From the NCBI RefSeq assembly GCF_022846255.1, contig NZ_AP025682.1: DNA of 64,000 nt. One strand, written 5' to 3'. Of this stretch, positions 58,795 to 64,000 are shown piece by piece (position 1 is the first letter of the stretch; each line of letters starts with the position of its first letter). The notes below the pieces were generated by a model. It was given only the letters and a program-made list of their open reading frames with translations, ran no database searches and was not told where the DNA came from. The position numbers were made by a program, and so were the translations under genes. The DNA is from Escherichia coli. Lineage in GTDB: Bacteria; Pseudomonadota; Gammaproteobacteria; Enterobacterales; Enterobacteriaceae.

Positions 58795-59637
58795 ATGAGA
58801 GATCTGTTACAACGCCCGGATTTATTCAGTATCAATACCGCGACACTGGGCTATAAAACGCCGCTGCCCGCCATTATTGATGCCTGCGCCGCACGCGGTA
58901 TTGGCGCCATTGCCCCCTGGCGCAGGGAGTTGCAGGGTGAAGATCTCCAGCAAATCGCCCGCCAGCTTGCTGCCAGTAACATAAACGTTTCCGGTTTGTG
59001 CCGTAGCACCTACTACACCGCACCGACGCTGGCGGAGCGCAAACTGGTGATTGACGATAACCGCCGGGCGCTGGACGACGCCGCTGTACTGAACGCCGCC
59101 TGTTATATGCAGGTGGTTGGCGGTCTGCCAATGGGAACAAAAGATCTGTACGAAGCACGGGAACAAGTGAAACAAGGGATTCGCCAGTTGCTGCCACATT
59201 CGAAAGAGGTCGGCGTGCCAATTGCACTGGAGCCACTGCACCCGATGACTGCTGCCGATCGTTCTTGTCTGTGCACGTTACGTCAGGCGCTGGACTGGTG
59301 TGATGAACTCGATCCCGATGGCGAATTTGGCCTCGGCGTGGCGGTAGATGTCTACCATGTCTGGTGGGACCCGGATCTCGCCAGTCAGATCCTGCGTGCC
59401 GGAAAACGCATCCTCGCGTTTCATGTTTCCGACTGGTTAGTGCCGACCACCGATCTGGTCAATGACCGTGGAATGCCGGGAGATGGTGTCATCAATATTC
59501 CGTCAATTCGTCGGCTGGTTGAAAACGCCGGATTTAATGGCGCTATTGAACTGGAAATATTCTCACCGTACTGGTGGCAGAAAGATATTAACAGCACGCT
59601 GGATATTAGCGTCGATCGCATCGCACATTATTGTTAA
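58795..59637 (+). CDS. Xylose-isomerase-like TIM-barrel protein (sugar-phosphate isomerase/epimerase family)
   Basis: 280-aa ORF, 9-nt spacing from upstream gene; family assignment from overall sequence character, moderate certainty. Confidence 0.65.
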   Translation: MRDLLQRPDLFSINTATLGYKTPLPAIIDACAARGIGAIAPWRRELQGEDLQQIARQLAASNINVSGLCRSTYYTAPTLAERKLVIDDNRRALDDAAVLNAACYMQVVGGLPMGTKDLYEAREQVKQGIRQLLPHSKEVGVPIALEPLHPMTAADRSCLCTLRQALDWCDELDPDGEFGLGVAVDVYHVWWDPDLASQILRAGKRILAFHVSDWLVPTTDLVNDRGMPGDGVINIPSIRRLVENAGFNGAIELEIFSPYWWQKDINSTLDISVDRIAHYC

Positions 59638-59646
59638 GGAATAATC

Positions 59647-60423
59647 ATGAGTGACCAACCCGTTCTGTTCAGCAGAGCGGCGGCTTCTTGCCGCCTGACA
59701 TTGAACCGTGAAGATAAATGTCATGCTATTAATGAAGAAATGATCGAATCTCTCGACCATTATTTAAATGAAATTGAAAATGACACGGCATTACGCTTAG
59801 TCGAATTAACGGCAACCGGCGATAAATTCTTTTGTGCGGGCGGCGATATTAAATCGTGGTCGGCCTATTCGCCATTAGATATGGGCAGAAAATGGATTAA
59901 ACGCGGTAATGACGTTTTTAATCGCCTGCGCAACTTACCCCAATTAACCGTTGCGAATCTCAACGGTCATACCATCGGTGGCGGTATTGAACTTGCCTTG
60001 TGCTGCGATATTCGTATCGCTCGCCCCGGCGCGAAATTCTCTAACCCGGAAGTGATGCTCGGCATGGTGCCAGGCTGGATGGGCATTGAGCGAGTGCTTA
60101 ATCAGGTTGGTCCTGTGGTCGGTCGCCAGATGCTGATGCTGGGTAAACGCCTGACGGCGCAGGAAGCTCAGACAGCGAATTTAATTGATGAAGTGGTAGA
60201 AAAAGAACAGGTGGAAAGCTGGATGGCGAACCAGTTAGCGCAGCTGGAAAAATGTGGTCCGGTGGCACTGGCACATATTAAGCAACTGATTCTGGCGCTG
60301 GAAAATAAACACGCCGATTACTCCCACCAGTTACTGGCTGGATTAATGTCCGCCACTCAGGATTGCCAACAGGCGACGCACGCATTTGCCGAAAAAGCCG
60401 GCGTGAGCTTCCACAATCAATAA
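59647..60423 (+). CDS. Enoyl-CoA hydratase/isomerase (crotonase) family protein
   Basis: 258-aa ORF with crotonase motifs FFCAGGDI and GHTIGGGIELAL. Confidence 0.8.
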   Translation: MSDQPVLFSRAAASCRLTLNREDKCHAINEEMIESLDHYLNEIENDTALRLVELTATGDKFFCAGGDIKSWSAYSPLDMGRKWIKRGNDVFNRLRNLPQLTVANLNGHTIGGGIELALCCDIRIARPGAKFSNPEVMLGMVPGWMGIERVLNQVGPVVGRQMLMLGKRLTAQEAQTANLIDEVVEKEQVESWMANQLAQLEKCGPVALAHIKQLILALENKHADYSHQLLAGLMSATQDCQQATHAFAEKAGVSFHNQ

Positions 60424-60432
60424 GGAAATTGT

Positions 60433-61974
60433 ATGCGTAAGTTATCAACCGCCGAGACACTGGCGGCGCAAATTCAGGACGGCGCAACCATTGCCATTAG
60501 CGGCAACGGCGGCGGTATGGTGGAAGCTGACCATATTCTGGCCGCCATTGAAGCGCGCTTTCTGCAAACCGGACACCCGCGCGATCTGACATTAATCCAC
60601 TCGCTGGGTATTGGCGATCGCGACAGCAAAGGCACTAACCGTTTTGCTCACGCCGAAATGCTCAAACGCATTATTGCCGGACATTTTACCTGGTCGCCCA
60701 AGATGCAGGAACTGGTGAAAAGCAATGCTATTGAAGCCTACTGTTTCCCTGGTGGCGTAATTCAGGCACTGCTGCGGGAGATCGGTGCCGGACGTCCGGG
60801 GCTTTTTACCCACGTTGGGCTGGGATCGTTTGTTGATCCACGCAATGGTGGCGGTAAGTCGAATGAATGCACTACCGACGACCTGGTAGAACTGATTGAA
60901 ATCGACGGTGAGACCAAACTTCGTTATCGCCCTTTCAAAGTGGACTACGCGATTTTGCGCGGCACCTATGCCGATCCGCGTGGCAACGTCAGCCTCGAAG
61001 AAGAGGCGATTGATATGGATAGCTATTCGATGGCGCTGGCAGCACACAACAGCGGCGGCAAAGTGTTCGTACAGGTCCGCGATGTGCTGGAAGCAGGTAC
61101 CATTGAACCACGTCGGGTCAAACTACCAGGAATTCTGGTCGATGGCATCGTTGAGCACCGCGAACAACCGCAAACCTATCTTGGTGGTTACGACCTGACG
61201 ATCAGCGGTCAACATCGCCGTCTAAGTTCTAACGACGCTATTGAACTGGTTAGTCATCCGGTGCGTCGCCTGATTGCCCGTCGGGCAGCGCGGGAACTGG
61301 TGGCAGGCGCTTCAACCAACTTTGGCTTTGGTATTCCCGGCGGTATTCCTGGGGTTGCACTGCGCGAAGGCGTGCCTTATCAAAGTTTGTGGCTGAGTGT
61401 AGAACAGGGTGTACATAACGGCATGATGCTGGATGATGCTCTGTTCGGCTGCGCCCGTAACGCCGATGCCATTATTCCATCACTCGATCAATTCGAATTC
61501 TACAGTGGCGGCGGTATCGATATCACCTTCCTCGGCATGGGAGAGATGGATCGGTACGGTAACGTCAACGTATCCCATCTCAATGGCAATCTCATTGGCC
61601 CCGGCGGCTTCCTCGAAATTGCGCAAAACGCCCGTAAAGTGGTGTTCTGCGGTACGTTTGACGCCAAAGGCAGCAAGATTGATGTAACGCCTGATGGCCT
61701 GCATATCGCCCAGTCAGGTCAAATCCCCAAACTGGTTACCCAGGTGGAAAAAATTACTTTTAGCGCCGCATACGCACAGCAAAGCAGTCAGGAAGTGCTG
61801 TATATCACCGAACGTGCGGTATTCCAGTTAACGGCAGAAGGCGTTGAATTAATTGAGATCGCCCCTGGCGTAGAGATTGACCGCGACATTCTGCCGTATA
61901 TGGCCTTCCGTCCGATTATCAGGCACCCACGCCTGATGGAAAGTAGCCTGTTTACGCCAATGGAGGATGCATGA
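60433..61974 (+). CDS. Fused alpha/beta family-I CoA-transferase (acyl-CoA:acetate/3-ketoacid type, YdiF/Pct-like)
   Basis: 513-aa ORF; N-terminal DGATIAISGNGGG motif typical of family-I CoA-transferases. Confidence 0.7.
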   Translation: MRKLSTAETLAAQIQDGATIAISGNGGGMVEADHILAAIEARFLQTGHPRDLTLIHSLGIGDRDSKGTNRFAHAEMLKRIIAGHFTWSPKMQELVKSNAIEAYCFPGGVIQALLREIGAGRPGLFTHVGLGSFVDPRNGGGKSNECTTDDLVELIEIDGETKLRYRPFKVDYAILRGTYADPRGNVSLEEEAIDMDSYSMALAAHNSGGKVFVQVRDVLEAGTIEPRRVKLPGILVDGIVEHREQPQTYLGGYDLTISGQHRRLSSNDAIELVSHPVRRLIARRAARELVAGASTNFGFGIPGGIPGVALREGVPYQSLWLSVEQGVHNGMMLDDALFGCARNADAIIPSLDQFEFYSGGGIDITFLGMGEMDRYGNVNVSHLNGNLIGPGGFLEIAQNARKVVFCGTFDAKGSKIDVTPDGLHIAQSGQIPKLVTQVEKITFSAAYAQQSSQEVLYITERAVFQLTAEGVELIEIAPGVEIDRDILPYMAFRPIIRHPRLMESSLFTPMEDA

Positions 61975-64000
61975 GTCAGCTTGATGAGGCCATCCTTGAT
62001 GCACTGACACACGTTACTTTCCCAAAGGGTTTTGCACAGGCAGAACCCGCATGGGTTGTCACGGTAGACGGTGTTGATTACCCACTCTGGAAAACAGATG
62101 CCCTGGTAGTCGGCAGTGGTGCAGCCGGGCTACGTGCAGCTGTGGAACTTAAACGCCGCCAGCAAAATGTGTTAATCGCCACCGCCGGGTTATATATGGG
62201 GACATCGGCATGTTCTGGCTCTGATAAACAAACACTGTTTACCGCCGCTACCGCGGGCAACGGCGACAACTTCGCCAAACTGGCAGAGGCACTGGCGAGC
62301 GGTGGGGCGATGGATCACGACACCGCTTATGTTGAAGCGGTAGGTTCTCTGCACACTCTTGGCGGGTTGCAATATCTTGGTCTGGAATTACCGGAAGATC
62401 GCTATGGCGCGATTCTTCGTTATCAAACCGACCATGACGAAGCCGGGCGTGCAACCTCGTGTGGGCCGCGTACCTCAAGGTTAATGGTGAAAGTGCTGCT
62501 GGAAGAAGTACAGCGTCTTGCTATCCCAATGTTGGCCAGTGCAACAGTGATTAAACTGCTGCATCAGCGTGACGAAAACGGTGAAGACCGTGTGGCGGGG
62601 GCAATCCTCGCGACCGGTCATCGCGCCCATAACCCATGGGGGCTGGCAATTGTGACTGCGCCCAATGTGGTACTGGCAACAGGCGGGCCTGGCGAGCTTT
62701 ATCGCGACAGTGTGTATCCACACAAATGTTTCGGCTCGCTGGGGCTGGCGCTGGAGGAAGGTCTGACGTTAACGAATCTGACTGAAAGCCAGTTTGGTAT
62801 AGGCACACCGCGCAGCACGTTTCCGTGGAATTTGTCCGGCACCTATGTACAGGTGATCCCATATATCTATTCCGTGGATGCCGGGGGCAACGAGTATAAC
62901 TTCCTCGCGGATTACTATCGCACCACCCAGGAGCTGGCTTCAAACATTTTCCGTAAAGGCTATCAGTGGCCGTTCCACGCCACGCGGGTAATGGATTTTG
63001 GCTCCAGCTTGTTAGATATGGCAGTAGCGCAAGAGCAGCAACATGGTCGTCAGGTATTTATGGATTTCAATCGTAATCCAGAACCTGTGCCGGGTGACCT
63101 ACCGTTCTCATTAGATCGACTGGACGACGACGTTCGCGCGTATCTGGAAAATAACGACGCTCTGGCACCATCGCCCATCGAACGCCTGCAACAAATGAAT
63201 CCTCTGTCTATCTCGCTGTATAAGATGCACGGTTACGATCTCATCACGCAGCCATTGCAGTTTGCCATGAATAATCAGCACATGAATGGCGGCATTGAAG
63301 TCGATATCTGGGGACAAACATCTCTGCCCGGTTGTTTTGCGGTGGGGGAAGTTGCTGGCACACACGGCGTCACCCGACCTGGCGGCGCGGCGTTGAATGC
63401 CGGGCAGGTTTTTGCTGTTCGTCTGGCGCGCTTTATTGGTTGCACGCAAAAGCGGAATATTGATGGAGATATTGCACAGCTGGCAGCTCCGGCACTGGCT
63501 TCTATAAGAGAGATCATTACTCAGGCGCACGATAACGGGTCCGGGATGCCGTTGTCGGTTGTGAGAGAAAAAATTCAGGCACGAATGTCTGACTATGCGG
63601 GATTTATTTGCCATGCCGATAAAGTCCGACGTGCCACTCGTGATGCCCTGCTATTGAACGAATTTGTCCAACGACATGGATTGGCAATCAAACATGTGGG
63701 TGAAGTTGCCGAGCTGTTTATGTGGCGGCATATGGCGCTGACTTCTGCCGCGGTATTAACACAATTAACGCATTATATTGATGCTGGTGGTGGTAGCCGT
63801 GGGGCGCGTATGGTTATTGATCCACAAGGCAAATGCCTACCACAAACTCGTCGCGGCGCAAAAGAAGAATGGCGTTTTCGCTCTGAACTCGCTGAAGACA
63901 AAAATCACAAATTAACAATTCAATATTCGCAAGGTTCTTTTATTACCGAAGTAAAGTCTTTACGTATGCAACCGTGTATTAACGGTATTTACTTTGAAAA
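61971..64000 (+). CDS. FAD-dependent oxidoreductase of the fumarate reductase / succinate dehydrogenase / L-aspartate oxidase flavoprotein superfamily; 3'-truncated by window edge
   Basis: Open frame from ATG 61971 (ATGA overlap with upstream stop) with no stop to 64000 (>=676 codons, hand-translated; not in supplied track); GxGxxG (ALVVGSGAAGL) and GEVAGTHGVTRPGGAALNAG motif. Confidence 0.75.
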   Translation, partial: MSQLDEAILDALTHVTFPKGFAQAEPAWVVTVDGVDYPLWKTDALVVGSGAAGLRAAVELKRRQQNVLIATAGLYMGTSACSGSDKQTLFTAATAGNGDNFAKLAEALASGGAMDHDTAYVEAVGSLHTLGGLQYLGLELPEDRYGAILRYQTDHDEAGRATSCGPRTSRLMVKVLLEEVQRLAIPMLASATVIKLLHQRDENGEDRVAGAILATGHRAHNPWGLAIVTAPNVVLATGGPGELYRDSVYPHKCFGSLGLALEEGLTLTNLTESQFGIGTPRSTFPWNLSGTYVQVIPYIYSVDAGGNEYNFLADYYRTTQELASNIFRKGYQWPFHATRVMDFGSSLLDMAVAQEQQHGRQVFMDFNRNPEPVPGDLPFSLDRLDDDVRAYLENNDALAPSPIERLQQMNPLSISLYKMHGYDLITQPLQFAMNNQHMNGGIEVDIWGQTSLPGCFAVGEVAGTHGVTRPGGAALNAGQVFAVRLARFIGCTQKRNIDGDIAQLAAPALASIREIITQAHDNGSGMPLSVVREKIQARMSDYAGFICHADKVRRATRDALLLNEFVQRHGLAIKHVGEVAELFMWRHMALTSAAVLTQLTHYIDAGGGSRGARMVIDPQGKCLPQTRRGAKEEWRFRSELAEDKNHKLTIQYSQGSFITEVKSLRMQPCINGIYFE

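Overview
This window reads as a contiguous stretch of Escherichia coli chromosome, syntenic with the K-12 pepA to ytfB interval and in reverse orientation to K-12 coordinates. All gene identities are from reading the six-frame translations and recognising proteins and motifs from memory; no database search was run. About 50 core genes are intact and densely packed: pepA(partial)-holC-valS, yjgN, yjgM, rraB, argI, yjgL, tabA, bdcR/bdcA, yjgH, pyrLBI, ridA, mgtA/mgtL, treRBC, nrdDG, cybC, pmbA, yjgA, mpl, fbp, ytfQRT-yjfF, ppa, ytfP, tamBA, msrA, ytfL, ytfK, ytfJ, cysQ, cpdB, ytfH, qorB, ytfF, ytfE, cycA, fklB, ytfB. Eight intergenic REP/BIME clusters separate them. Three things depart from what I remember of K-12. 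(1) An intact 1426-bp IS4 with a 12-bp target duplication sits in the ytfP terminator, and the ppa-ytfP interval has no chpSB-like ORF pair. (2) yjgL is a strongly AT-rich ORFan with an in-frame 24-bp tandem duplication. (3) Most interesting, beyond ytfB there is a low-GC TetR-family regulator divergent from a tightly coupled five-gene operon (SDR oxidoreductase, xylose-isomerase-like TIM barrel, crotonase, fused family-I CoA-transferase, large FrdA/NadB-like flavoprotein running off the window end). I believe K-12 lacks this operon and I cannot assign it to a characterised pathway, so it is the best candidate for an undescribed system here. Classic regulatory elements are readable directly (pyrL attenuator, mgtL with a PhoP box, ARG boxes, NrdR-like boxes). 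No CRISPR array, prophage, tRNA or rRNA was seen.
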